IMG/VR virus record: IMGVR_UViG_3300017646_000100
Location: 1 to 29,520 of that record
DNA: 29,520 bases
DNA from: a virus
Taxonomy: Duplodnaviria; Caudoviricetes
Reading direction: 5' to 3' (one strand)
The position numbers and the translations under genes are program-made. This document shows, piece after piece, positions 17,732 to 26,359 of this stretch (position 1 is its first letter; the number at the start of each line of letters is the position of its first letter). The notes under the pieces are model-generated. The model worked only from the letters and a program-made list of their open reading frames with translations, ran no database searches and was not told where the DNA came from.

Positions 17732-19720
17732 CTACGGCGCGAACACGAGCTTCCCTTGCTTGGCCTGCGCGAGCAGGTCTTTGGTATTGACCACGATCTG
17801 TTCGGCGGCGCGGGCGGTCCGCTCGGCCAGACTGTCGGCACCCAGGCCGCGAGCCGCCAGTGCGTTGAATGTCCCCTTCGCCTCGACCTTCCGCTGTTCC
17901 TCTTCGAGAATGCCGCCGCTGGTGGAAAGGCTGTCTTCGACGTGTTTGAGTCGCTCGGGATCGGCGCTATCGGCGGCGGCCCGCTTCTTGGCCGCTTGTT
18001 GAATCGCGTCCTGCCATTCCTTTCGCGCGCTTGCGAGCTCGCCCTCCGTCTCGGCCAGGTCGTCGGCGAACTGCTTTTGCCGGCGGGCGTGTTCCTCCGC
18101 TTGCATGTCCCCCAGCGTGCTTTCGACGCCGGCGCGGTCCCGCTCGATCTGTTCGCGGCGATCCCGGCGCTGGCGATCCCGCTGTCCGACGGCGTCGAGC
18201 ATCTGCTGGTCGGCCGCGCCGGTTGCGTCGCTCACCTCGCGGTTGATCCGGTTCACTTCGGCATCCACATCAACCTCGTCGCTGAAGAGCGACTTGAGCC
18301 GCACCCAGGCCTTCTTGATGAAGCCGATGGTGTTGTGCCAGGTATGCGTCAGCAGGTTGGTGAAGACACTCCAGGCGTCGGCCAGGAACCCGACCGTCTC
18401 GGTCCAGCCGACTTCGATGGCCGCCCAGCCGTTGTTGAGAATCTTGGCGACGCCGAAGACCGCGTCGGTCCACAGCGACAGAAAGAACTCCTTCGCACCG
18501 ATCCACAGTCCGTTGAGAAAGTGAATGCCGCGCTTCCACTCCATTTTCAGAGTGAGCCAGACGATCTTCGCGGCCAGCGCCAGGTCGCCTGCCGCCAGCG
18601 CGTCGCCGATCCCCTGCCACGCCGCCAGGGCGTCGTTCTTGAGCGTCTCGAATCTTTCGCCCAGCCATGCCAGCGCCTTGCCCCCCAAACCAGACGCATA
18701 TAAGAGGTATCCACCGAGCGCGACCGCCGCGACGACCACCAGCCCAATTGGCGAAAGCAATAGCGCAATAATCTTGCCCAGAATGGCGACGGCGGTGCCG
18801 ACTGCCCCCACGATGGTCACCACCGCGCTGATCGCCGCTCCGAACCCAGAAATGATGCCGCCAAGAGCGATCAGCGCCACGCCGGCCCCGACGACGGCGG
18901 CCGCGATCTTAAAGATCGTGACCACGAGCGCCTTGTTCTGTTTCACCCAGTTGACGATGGCCGTGATGAACTTGGTGGCCCGGCCGATTGTCTCGGTGAG
19001 CAGCGGCGCGAGCGCCGCCCCTAGTTGAATCGTGACGGCCGAAAGCGACCGCTTCAAGATGTCCCAGGCGTCGGCCAGCGCGGCGGCGGACGCCGCGTCG
19101 TCGTCGCTAATCGTGATGCCCAAGTCCCGCGCTTGCTTGCGAAACGCCTCGATGCCGTCGGCCCCCTGGTTCAAGAGCGGCATCAAAGCCTTGGCTCCGT
19201 CTCCGAGGATTTCAAACGCGTACTGAGCCCGTAGCGACTCGTTCTCGACGCCGGCCAGTGCCCGCACAATCTGGTCGAACTGCTGCTCGACCGGCAATTG
19301 CGTCAACTCCCCAGCGGCAATTCCCAGATCACGCAGCGCCCGGGCGGCGGGACCGCCGCCGGTGGCCGCATTGGCGATCCGGCGTCTCATCCGAAACAGC
19401 GCGCTACCCAGTTGCTCGAGGTTCGAGCCGCTCATTTCGGCGGCGAAGCCGAGTTCCGATAACGCCTGCACCGAGACGCCCGTTCGCTGGGACATGTCGT
19501 CCAGGTCGGCTCCCACATCGGCAAACTGCTTCGCCATGCCCACCAAAGGCGCGACGATGGCCCCGCCGGCCGCTGTGAGTTTCAGCCCCATCGCGCCGAC
19601 GCTCGCTCCGAACGCCTTGAGCTTCTTGGAAGCATTGTTCAAACCTTTGACGAGCTTGCTGTCGCGGGTCGAGAGCTCGATGTAGGCCGCGCCGGCGCGG
19701 ATGGCTTGTCCTGTCGCCAT
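17732..19720 (-). CDS. Tail tape measure protein
   Basis: 662 aa, Ala/Gly-rich and helical. IRAGAAYIEL start, LDDMSQRTGVSVQALSEL motif, hydrophobic central segment and periodic Trp residues. Confidence 0.88.
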   Translation of the reverse strand: MATGQAIRAGAAYIELSTRDSKLVKGLNNASKKLKAFGASVGAMGLKLTAAGGAIVAPLVGMAKQFADVGADLDDMSQRTGVSVQALSELGFAAEMSGSNLEQLGSALFRMRRRIANAATGGGPAARALRDLGIAAGELTQLPVEQQFDQIVRALAGVENESLRAQYAFEILGDGAKALMPLLNQGADGIEAFRKQARDLGITISDDDAASAAALADAWDILKRSLSAVTIQLGAALAPLLTETIGRATKFITAIVNWVKQNKALVVTIFKIAAAVVGAGVALIALGGIISGFGAAISAVVTIVGAVGTAVAILGKIIALLLSPIGLVVVAAVALGGYLLYASGLGGKALAWLGERFETLKNDALAAWQGIGDALAAGDLALAAKIVWLTLKMEWKRGIHFLNGLWIGAKEFFLSLWTDAVFGVAKILNNGWAAIEVGWTETVGFLADAWSVFTNLLTHTWHNTIGFIKKAWVRLKSLFSDEVDVDAEVNRINREVSDATGAADQQMLDAVGQRDRQRRDRREQIERDRAGVESTLGDMQAEEHARRQKQFADDLAETEGELASARKEWQDAIQQAAKKRAAADSADPERLKHVEDSLSTSGGILEEEQRKVEAKGTFNALAARGLGADSLAERTARAAEQIVVNTKDLLAQAKQGKLVFAP

Positions 19721-19723
19721 GCG

Positions 19724-19921
19724 TCACCTCCGGTCTACAAAGATGGTTTTCAACGTGCGAACTCCCGTTTTGACGACTGGTTGCTTTCGTTCGGCCAGCG
19801 GATTGAAATCCGCCGGCGTGAACGGCTGAGGTTTCTTCTTGGGATTGCGGTGGACGTTGGCGAGCATGGCCAGCACGGCCGAAGTGTGCTGCCACTCGTC
19901 GCGCCGTCGGGCGTCGGCCAT
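19724..19921 (-). CDS. gpT-like tail assembly chaperone C-terminal ORF (probably extends upstream via frameshift)
   Basis: MADARRRDEWQHTSAVLAMLANVHRNPKKK...PADFNP. The protein-like sequence AWRLIWQLAGILGVDPGELTLREL continues upstream of the ATG to about 20005, in the -1 frame of the chaperone gene. Confidence 0.65.
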   Translation of the reverse strand: MADARRRDEWQHTSAVLAMLANVHRNPKKKPQPFTPADFNPLAERKQPVVKTGVRTLKTIFVDRR

Positions 19922-19941
19922 CCAGACCAGTTCCCGCAGCG

Positions 19942-20445
19942 TCAACTCGCCGGGATCGACGCCGAGGATTCCGGCGAGCTGCCAGATGAGTCGCCAGGCG
20001 TCGTCTCCGGTAACTCGCCCTCGCTCAACAGCGATTCCAGTCGTTGATCCAGTTTCGGATCGTCCAATCGCTTGCTGGCCATTTCGACCGCCTTCGACTG
20101 AAAGGCTTTCAGCTTCGCGAGCGCCTTGGCCAGCACCTGACGCTTCGCCTGTGGGAAAAAATCGACCAGTTCCTCCAAGAGACAGGTCGTGCCGTGATCG
20201 ATGGCGTCGCCCGCCATCGCGCGGCCAAAGTCTTCGTCGGTGACCTGCTTGGCGTCGGCTTCCGGCTTGCACAGCACATACAGCACGTCGCAGAGCAAGA
20301 CCGGATCGGAGACCAACTGTTCGATGAGCTTCCCTTCGACCGCCTCGAGCAGGTTGACGCTGAGCAGCGATTTCACCCGCTTGATCGCATCGACGTTGAT
20401 CGACACGGTCCAAGTGCGGCCGGCGTTGTCGCTAAAGGTTTTCAT
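19942..20445 (-). CDS. Tail assembly chaperone (gpG-like)
   Basis: 167 aa located between the tail tube and tape measure genes; GAGAG RBS-like sequence upstream. Confidence 0.7.
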   Translation of the reverse strand: MKTFSDNAGRTWTVSINVDAIKRVKSLLSVNLLEAVEGKLIEQLVSDPVLLCDVLYVLCKPEADAKQVTDEDFGRAMAGDAIDHGTTCLLEELVDFFPQAKRQVLAKALAKLKAFQSKAVEMASKRLDDPKLDQRLESLLSEGELPETTPGDSSGSSPESSASIPAS

Positions 20446-20460
20446 GCGGTGACGACTCTC

Positions 20461-20919
20461 TTAGGAACTTGAGGAACTTCCCTGTCCGTTGATCCACTGG
20501 GGGGCGCTGGCGGCGTAGGTCGGCTTGATGGCCACGTCGACCATGATCGCCTCCTCCAGCGCCTCGTTGCGCGTGAAGCTGAAGATGTCGAACGTCGCCC
20601 GCAGTCCTTCCGATTCGGGATCATTGATGTCGCCATCCATCACGGCAAACTCGATGGGCGTGTTGCCGAAGAACGCCTGCTGCATGGCGGAGAAGCCTTC
20701 GTCGGCCGTATCCCACACCATCTGGAAATCGATACTGGCGTCCTTGAGCGTGCCGACCGTGGCCCGCCAGCCGCCGTTGGCGCGGGTGGTGACGTCCGCC
20801 TCGCCCTTTTCCAGGTTGAGCGTGAGGTCTTTGACATTCGTGACCTCGGTCCAGGTGGGTGAGCCGCCGCTGCCCGTGTTGCGGTACAGCTTCGCGTCCA
20901 TGCCGAGTCGAGTGCTCAT
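20461..20919 (-). CDS. Major tail (tube) protein with C-terminal GSSSSS
   Basis: 152 aa. WTEVTNVKDLTLNLEKGEADVTTR...GWR...GTLKDASIDF tail-tube pattern; AGGAG RBS. Confidence 0.82.
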   Translation of the reverse strand: MSTRLGMDAKLYRNTGSGGSPTWTEVTNVKDLTLNLEKGEADVTTRANGGWRATVGTLKDASIDFQMVWDTADEGFSAMQQAFFGNTPIEFAVMDGDINDPESEGLRATFDIFSFTRNEALEEAIMVDVAIKPTYAASAPQWINGQGSSSSS

Positions 20920-20937
20920 CGCGGTGTTCTCCTGCGG

Positions 20938-21333
20938 TTATGCTTTGACCGACCCGGCCCACAGCTTGGGCAGGCGGTCCTTGGTTCTTTCGAGTGCCGG
21001 TCCCATGAACGGCCGCTTCGGATAACGCTGCCGTTTGTATTTGCCGCCGTGCTCGTGCGCGCTGCCCGACGCGCCGACCTTCGAGTGGTCCGGCCCGATC
21101 ACCACGAGGTCTTTCTGCTTGTCCACATCGAACAGGATCGCGCCGCGCAGTTGGCCTTTGCGAGTGCTGGGCGGCTGCCCTTCGGGACTCGCTTTCTTCC
21201 GCCGGCGGATGCTCCGCTTGGCGGTCAGACGAATCGCCGCGCCGGCGTGGCCAAGGCTTTTGAAGTTGCCCTGCTTCGCCTTCGCCAGCACCTTCCTGGT
21301 TTCTTCTTTGGTCTTTGCCTTCGCGGCGATCAT
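20938..21333 (-). CDS. Tail completion / virion morphogenesis protein (HK97 gp10-like)
   Basis: 131 aa, basic, from ATG 21333 (GAGG RBS). SPEGQPP..RKGQLR, HEHGG and RPFMGPALE motifs. Confidence 0.75.
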   Translation of the reverse strand: MIAAKAKTKEETRKVLAKAKQGNFKSLGHAGAAIRLTAKRSIRRRKKASPEGQPPSTRKGQLRGAILFDVDKQKDLVVIGPDHSKVGASGSAHEHGGKYKRQRYPKRPFMGPALERTKDRLPKLWAGSVKA

Positions 21334-21335
21334 CG

Positions 21336-21761
21336 TTACCTCACCACGCGAAAGGTCAGAGTCAGGACGCTGGTGAATTGCCGCAGTTCGTCGAGGTGTT
21401 CCTGCGAATAGACGGGGGCGTTCTTCACGTCCATACACCGCGCGTCGGGAAAACTCGCGAGTGGTCCCACGCGGAAGTGATCGGCGATTTCCTCCACGAG
21501 CGCCATCAACGCGTCGAGCGACACGTGCGCCATGTCGGTCTTCTTCTGCACTGCCAGGTCGATTTCGTAACTGAAGTTGTCGCGATTGCGGTCCAACGAC
21601 GAACTGGAGATCGCACGCGGCACAACAGTGACGTGCAGCGTTTCCATGTCGGGAAGCTCGAACGACGGCGCGTACAGCCGCGCCGCCGCCAGCGGCTGGC
21701 TGAACGTGGCCGCATTGAGCTGCGCCACCACGGCTTCGGCGATCTGGATGATCGTTGCCAA
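21336..21761 (-). CDS. Putative tail terminator protein
   Basis: 141 aa with a TTG start directly after the upstream TAG. Position and size fit a gpU-like protein. Confidence 0.6.
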   Translation of the reverse strand: MATIIQIAEAVVAQLNAATFSQPLAAARLYAPSFELPDMETLHVTVVPRAISSSSLDRNRDNFSYEIDLAVQKKTDMAHVSLDALMALVEEIADHFRVGPLASFPDARCMDVKNAPVYSQEHLDELRQFTSVLTLTFRVVR

Positions 21762-22145
21762 CTACACTGCCTCCGTCGCAATGAGCTTCGTGTGAATCCG
21801 CAGCGTCCGCCGGTACGGATCGCTGTAGCGCCAGTGCTGTTCGCCGCCGAGCGGCAGTACCTCGTAGGTGTGCTTCTTGCCGGCGTCGATCTCGTCGAGC
21901 CGGTCTCCCTTGGCCGGCAGCGTGGCTTGTCCCGCGAGAACGAGGTCTGCCGTGTCGATGAGGTAATCCCGCACCTGCACGCGGACCGTGACGCCTGCCC
22001 CATCGTCCTGCTCGAACAGAGTCCGCCCGATGGTCGCTTTGACGACCACCGCATCCGCGCCGCGCCGGTACGTCACCTCGCGCGTCGCGTGTTTCTTCCG
22101 CTGGCCCTCCAGCCAGGCGGACCCTTGATCGAGCAAATCGCTCAT
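21762..22145 (-). CDS. Putative head-closure / head-tail joining protein
   Basis: 127 aa, beta-rich, P..GD motif, located directly after the cement gene. Confidence 0.62.
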   Translation of the reverse strand: MSDLLDQGSAWLEGQRKKHATREVTYRRGADAVVVKATIGRTLFEQDDGAGVTVRVQVRDYLIDTADLVLAGQATLPAKGDRLDEIDAGKKHTYEVLPLGGEQHWRYSDPYRRTLRIHTKLIATEAV

Positions 22146-22148
22146 CGT

Positions 22149-22529
22149 TTAACTTCCGCTGCTCGAGGCGCTTTCGGTCGAAACCATACACGGGCACAGC
22201 CGCACACGAACCGTCGCATCGCCGTTGGCCGCCGCCTTCACGATCTTGCCGAGCAGTTTGTGCGCACCGCCGCCATTGGTAGCGACGGCGACCTTGTTCG
22301 CCTCGTCCCAATACGCTAGCGCACCCGCGACGAAAACAACGCCGATGTCCGCCTCCTTGGCGAAGTCGAACACGCCCACCAGCGCCAGCGACCCCAGTGC
22401 GCTAGCCTTGATATCCAGCTTGGCGACACCGACGAGATCGCCTTGCACGATCACGTCGCCGGCGGTCACGTCCGCGACGGGGATATAGTCGATGGTCTTG
22501 CCATCGTGAACGAACTGTGCGGTTGCCAT
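22149..22529 (-). CDS. DUF2190 family capsid cement / decoration protein with C-terminal Cys/Ser extension
   Basis: 126 aa. FVHDGKTIDY, VTAGDVI, GVFDFAK, YWD and VRVRL motifs, then CPCMVSTESASSSGS. AAGGAG RBS. Confidence 0.8.
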   Translation of the reverse strand: MATAQFVHDGKTIDYIPVADVTAGDVIVQGDLVGVAKLDIKASALGSLALVGVFDFAKEADIGVVFVAGALAYWDEANKVAVATNGGGAHKLLGKIVKAAANGDATVRVRLCPCMVSTESASSSGS

Positions 22530-22550
22530 ATCACTTCTCCTTGGAGTGGT

Positions 22551-24593
22551 TTACGCTTCGCCCTTGGCCTTGACGCCGGCCAGCCATTCCGCGAAATCGA
22601 CGCCGAAGTCGTGGTAGCCGCGGAACTGCACGCCCAATTGATTGAAATCCGCCTCGGCCATATCCACCGTTGGCGTCTGCACGCCGTCGAGGAAACTGAC
22701 GACGACCGCCGAAAGCACCGTCGGAGCGCGGAGCAGGAACCAGGCCTTCGCCGAGTTGCCGGTGAACGCAGCGTCGCTCAGCCAGTCCACGACCACCGGG
22801 CGATACTTGCCGGCGTGGATGTTGTCGCTGGGGACCGAGTCGTTCGCCGACGCGCCGCCGGTGTTCACCGTGGTGCTCTGGTACAGCCGCTGAGCGATGA
22901 ACTGGAGCTCGGGCGGCACGAGTAGGATCGTCGGCAGTCCGCCGATCCGCTTGCCATCGGGAGACTTCAGCTTGCGGAAGGCCAGAATGCCCGCCTGCAA
23001 CCCGGTGCCGTTGATGTCGAGCGCTGTGCCGGCCCCCTTGATGAAGTTGCCGCGCGCCTCGGTGAAGAACGTCGCGTTGTTGATGAAACGCGACCAGAAC
23101 ACGTTGTTGAAACTGCGAGCAGCACCCGCTCCCAGCCGCACCCGCAAGTCCTCGAACGCGCCCAGGTCATCGTCGATGATCTTGTCCCGCGTCAGCGAGA
23201 ACATCTTGGCATAGGTCCGCGCCTTGCGAGTGTAGGTGTCCTCCGACACCTTGCCGTGCTTGATCTCGCCGTCAGGACCAAGCTCCTCGTACTCCATATC
23301 GTCGAGCATCCGGTAGCTGGTCACCGTCTTGAAGTCGCCGACCGTGCGGGTAATCGAAACCTCCCGCCACGACTGGTCCTCTTCCATGAACCCGGCCAGC
23401 AGTTCCTTGTTGGCGACGTTCGAGAGGATGTTGGGGAGCGAGAGCGTGCTGAACGCCGCATTGATCGGCGCGAACGCAGCGCGGAACATATCGGGCAGCG
23501 TGGCCTTGGTGACGACCGAGCGGCCGACGTAGCCGTTGGCCTGGGCGGCCATCAGGATCATTTCATGGAGGCCCAACTGGCGATAATTCTTGTCGGCCGC
23601 TTCGAGCGTCTGCTCGGAGAACAGCTTCTCGCGGCCGGGCGTGCGGAGCGTGCCGCACAGCGCCGCCTCGATTACCTCGGCCGCGATTGGTCCGCTGTCG
23701 CCGGCGGCGTGGATCGCCGGAGCGGCAGGACGAACACGGATCACGGCCAATTCAGTTTTGGTTTCATCCCACCCCTCCTCGATGGCCTTGGCCTCAATAT
23801 CGGGGTGCTTGCCGGCGCAAATCTTGCGAACCGCCGCCACGCGGGCCGTCTCGGCCGCGAGCTCGGCCCGCAGGTCGGCCACGGCGGAAGCGGTCACATC
23901 CTTGCCCGCCGTGGCGGCCGCGTCCGTGCCGGCCGGCTTGGTCGTCGCGTCGTACATCGCCTGGAGGCTGGCGGTTTGCTTGTCGTCCAGATTGTCCGTC
24001 GTGAAGCCCTGGGCCTCGACCCATTGCGCGAATTCCATGTCACTCTTCTCCTTCAAAGGTGCGGCCTGCGCCGCGATGTTGACGCTGGTGTCTCCGTCGG
24101 CCCCGTTGGCGACGATGGCGACGTGCTTCAGCCGCGAACGGCGCACGAGCAGGAAGCTCGACGCCTCGGCGCGAATGGCGCGGCCGTTGACGACGACCTG
24201 CCGCCCCTTGGCGATCCGCTCGGTTTCTAGGGGTTCCGCGCCGACGCTGGCTTGCAGCGGCACGCCTTCGCGATGCAGTTCGATGACGCGCAGCGCCCGC
24301 TGGCTGGAGCGCGAGAGGTTCCCTTCGACGGACAAGCGCCCGTCGCGTCGCACCGGGATGCCGCTTCCCAGCACAGCTTCGATACGGTTTTCGTGGTCCG
24401 CCAACAGCGGCACGCGCTCGGGCGACTGGATGCCTTCCACGTCGAGCACCACCGGCCCGAAACCGGCGACGGTCATCACACCGCCGCTGTACGCATCGAC
24501 GCGCACCAGCGCCGGCTTGTCTTCGCTGGCCGCCGCCTCGATGGTCAGATCGACCGGGCTGACAAATCGCATCTCACGCTGGTCATGCGGCAT
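22551..24593 (-). CDS. Fused prohead protease - scaffold - major capsid protein (Mu gpT-like capsid domain)
   Basis: About 680 aa from ATG 24593. Protease-like AYSGG, PLLADH, QASVGA; Ala-rich linker; capsid motifs LSNVANKELL, VGDFK, GEIKHG, IIDDDLGAF, LLVPPEL, YHDFGV. Confidence 0.85.
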   Translation of the reverse strand: MPHDQREMRFVSPVDLTIEAAASEDKPALVRVDAYSGGVMTVAGFGPVVLDVEGIQSPERVPLLADHENRIEAVLGSGIPVRRDGRLSVEGNLSRSSQRALRVIELHREGVPLQASVGAEPLETERIAKGRQVVVNGRAIRAEASSFLLVRRSRLKHVAIVANGADGDTSVNIAAQAAPLKEKSDMEFAQWVEAQGFTTDNLDDKQTASLQAMYDATTKPAGTDAAATAGKDVTASAVADLRAELAAETARVAAVRKICAGKHPDIEAKAIEEGWDETKTELAVIRVRPAAPAIHAAGDSGPIAAEVIEAALCGTLRTPGREKLFSEQTLEAADKNYRQLGLHEMILMAAQANGYVGRSVVTKATLPDMFRAAFAPINAAFSTLSLPNILSNVANKELLAGFMEEDQSWREVSITRTVGDFKTVTSYRMLDDMEYEELGPDGEIKHGKVSEDTYTRKARTYAKMFSLTRDKIIDDDLGAFEDLRVRLGAGAARSFNNVFWSRFINNATFFTEARGNFIKGAGTALDINGTGLQAGILAFRKLKSPDGKRIGGLPTILLVPPELQFIAQRLYQSTTVNTGGASANDSVPSDNIHAGKYRPVVVDWLSDAAFTGNSAKAWFLLRAPTVLSAVVVSFLDGVQTPTVDMAEADFNQLGVQFRGYHDFGVDFAEWLAGVKAKGEA

Positions 24594-26046
24594 CGGCGGT
24601 CTCCGTTTCTTCGTCGGCCGGATTGTCTTCGGGCTCATCCGTCGGCGTTGCAGCGGGCTGCACGGGCGCAGACGAGATGCCAAGCTCTTTCAACAGCGCC
24701 ACTTCCTTGGCCCGCTGGCGAATCTGCGATTCCCAGTCCTGACCGCGCCGCGCGTATTCGTCGGCAAGCGTGGTGGTGTGGTTGGCGAGGCGCGTTGCCT
24801 GCGCCGAGGCTTCCTTGGCGGGATCGACGTGTTCGTGCCCGTCCCAAAACCACTGGTGGGGCCAGTCGGCGATGGGGGGCAGTCCGGCGGGAAGGAGGCC
24901 CGGAATAAGAATCGCCTCGTCGAGCCAGGCGGCGAGAATTCGATCAAGCACCACGCATTCAAGGTGTGACTGCTCGACGCGGATCGCCTTGAAGTAGGTC
25001 TGATGGTCCAGGCGACCGGAGGCGTAGTTGTATCCGCTGCTGTTACATGCCGCGATGTTGTACGGCATGTTGAGGCAGCGGCAGATTTCGTTCAGCAGCT
25101 CACGCTTGAATTCGCCATAGGTGGTCGCGGGTTGCTCCGCTTCCATCTGGCTCATCTTCCAGCCACCCGGCATCGTCAGCAGAGCACGCTTCTCCAGTTC
25201 GATCGGCTCGAACGGCTCGGCCGCGTCCGCTTCGCCATTGGCCGGCGCGTCGGTGTAGAGGATGCCCGCGAAGTCGGCGGCAGTTTCCGCCGCAGCGAGT
25301 ACTGCCAGCGTGAACCGCCGTAGCTGCGCGAACAGCGGTAGCGCCGGCATAAAGTCGGGGATGCCGCGAGCCTGGCCGGGCCGGTCGGCGCGAAACCAGT
25401 GGATCATCGATTCGGCGGGAACGCGGTCGTAGTTTCGTGCTGCCAGCGAAGTCACATCGCCGGGATGCTCCCGCAGGACGTGATACTCGATCGGGTTGCC
25501 GGCGGCGTCGAACACGATGCCGTCGATGGAATTCGGATCGGCGCGAAACAGATCGGGCGTGCATACTTGGTCCGCCTCAACGAGCCGCACATCGAGTTGA
25601 ATCGCAGTCGGCAAGGCGGGGTTGCTCGTCAGAATGCCGAACGCCTCACCATCGGAGGCGCGAGCCAGCCGCATCGTGCGGAGCTTTTCGGCCAGCCCGA
25701 CCGCCTTCGACCATTGCATGAACGCTTGTTCGATCCGGCTGTTGGCCTCCGAATCGGCGGTGAGCAATTGCAAGCGCGGGCCGGTGCCCACCACGTCGTT
25801 GGCCAGCGTCAGCGAGATGCCGCGGGCGTAGCTGTTGTTGGCGATCTCGTAGCGGGCGCGGTTTCGCAGCACGCGGCGCACTTCGGGGCTATTGGCGGTG
25901 TTGGCCGAGAGTCCATCGGCGTTGGCCCAGTGGCGGCGGTTATCGGAGTTCGTCGCCGCCGCGTCATACTTCGCGCGGACCATCCGCACCGCCCGGTTCG
26001 TGGTCGGCGGTTTCGACGAGAACAGATTGGTGAGCCAGCCCAGCAT
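24583..26046 (-). CDS. Lambda-family portal protein
   Basis: 487 aa. YDAA, LRNRARY..NNSYARG, DGEAF, RPGQARGIP, NYASGRLD and HVDPAKEA motifs. Confidence 0.92.
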   Translation of the reverse strand: MLGWLTNLFSSKPPTTNRAVRMVRAKYDAAATNSDNRRHWANADGLSANTANSPEVRRVLRNRARYEIANNSYARGISLTLANDVVGTGPRLQLLTADSEANSRIEQAFMQWSKAVGLAEKLRTMRLARASDGEAFGILTSNPALPTAIQLDVRLVEADQVCTPDLFRADPNSIDGIVFDAAGNPIEYHVLREHPGDVTSLAARNYDRVPAESMIHWFRADRPGQARGIPDFMPALPLFAQLRRFTLAVLAAAETAADFAGILYTDAPANGEADAAEPFEPIELEKRALLTMPGGWKMSQMEAEQPATTYGEFKRELLNEICRCLNMPYNIAACNSSGYNYASGRLDHQTYFKAIRVEQSHLECVVLDRILAAWLDEAILIPGLLPAGLPPIADWPHQWFWDGHEHVDPAKEASAQATRLANHTTTLADEYARRGQDWESQIRQRAKEVALLKELGISSAPVQPAATPTDEPEDNPADEETETADAA

Positions 26047-26243
26047 TACTCGGCCCCCGGTGGAACGAACTTGTTGAGCACCAAGCCGCGCCGCTTCGAC
26101 TTGGCGGCTTCCTTCGACGCGAGATACTTATCCGCCGCGATCTGATCAGGGAGTTTGTGTTGCTCCATCGATCCCGAGTCACCGGCGGCCTTCGCCGGGC
26201 CTTGGGCGTTTTCACGGATCGTCTCTTCGAGGTTCTCAGCCAT
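26046..26243 (-). CDS. Small head-completion protein (gpW-like position)
   Basis: 65 aa (alternative ATG at 26249). GGAGA RBS; its stop overlaps the portal ATG. Confidence 0.65.
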   Translation of the reverse strand: MAENLEETIRENAQGPAKAAGDSGSMEQHKLPDQIAADKYLASKEAAKSKRRGLVLNKFVPPGAE

Positions 26244-26343
26244 GCCCATCTCTCCCAAGGCAGCACACCATGTGCTCGCCTATTGGTAGACCTACCCGGC
26301 TAACACGAGAGATGACGAAGAAAACCACGGCCGCACGGGAATC

Positions 26344-26359
26344 GTGCTACATCTAGCAA
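26344..26359. promoter_or_regulatory. NrdR-box-like palindrome GTGCTACATCTAGCAA
   Basis: TGCTA-N4-TAGCA. Core CTACATCTAG fits the conserved C-w-A-n-A-T-n-T-w-G positions of the NrdR box. Single copy only. Confidence 0.5.

Noticed and set aside
19942-20000. Ser-rich C-terminus of the tail chaperone (GDSSGSSPESSAS) as another glycosylation tag
   Set aside because: It overlaps the -1 frame coding sequence, which can explain the composition, and chaperones are not virion components.
16608-24969. Long alternative-frame ORFs (e.g. 16608-17726, 17435-18703, 21315-22319, 23256-24230, 23590-24969)
   Set aside because: Typical GC-rich shadow ORFs lying over well-supported phage genes, with no motifs.
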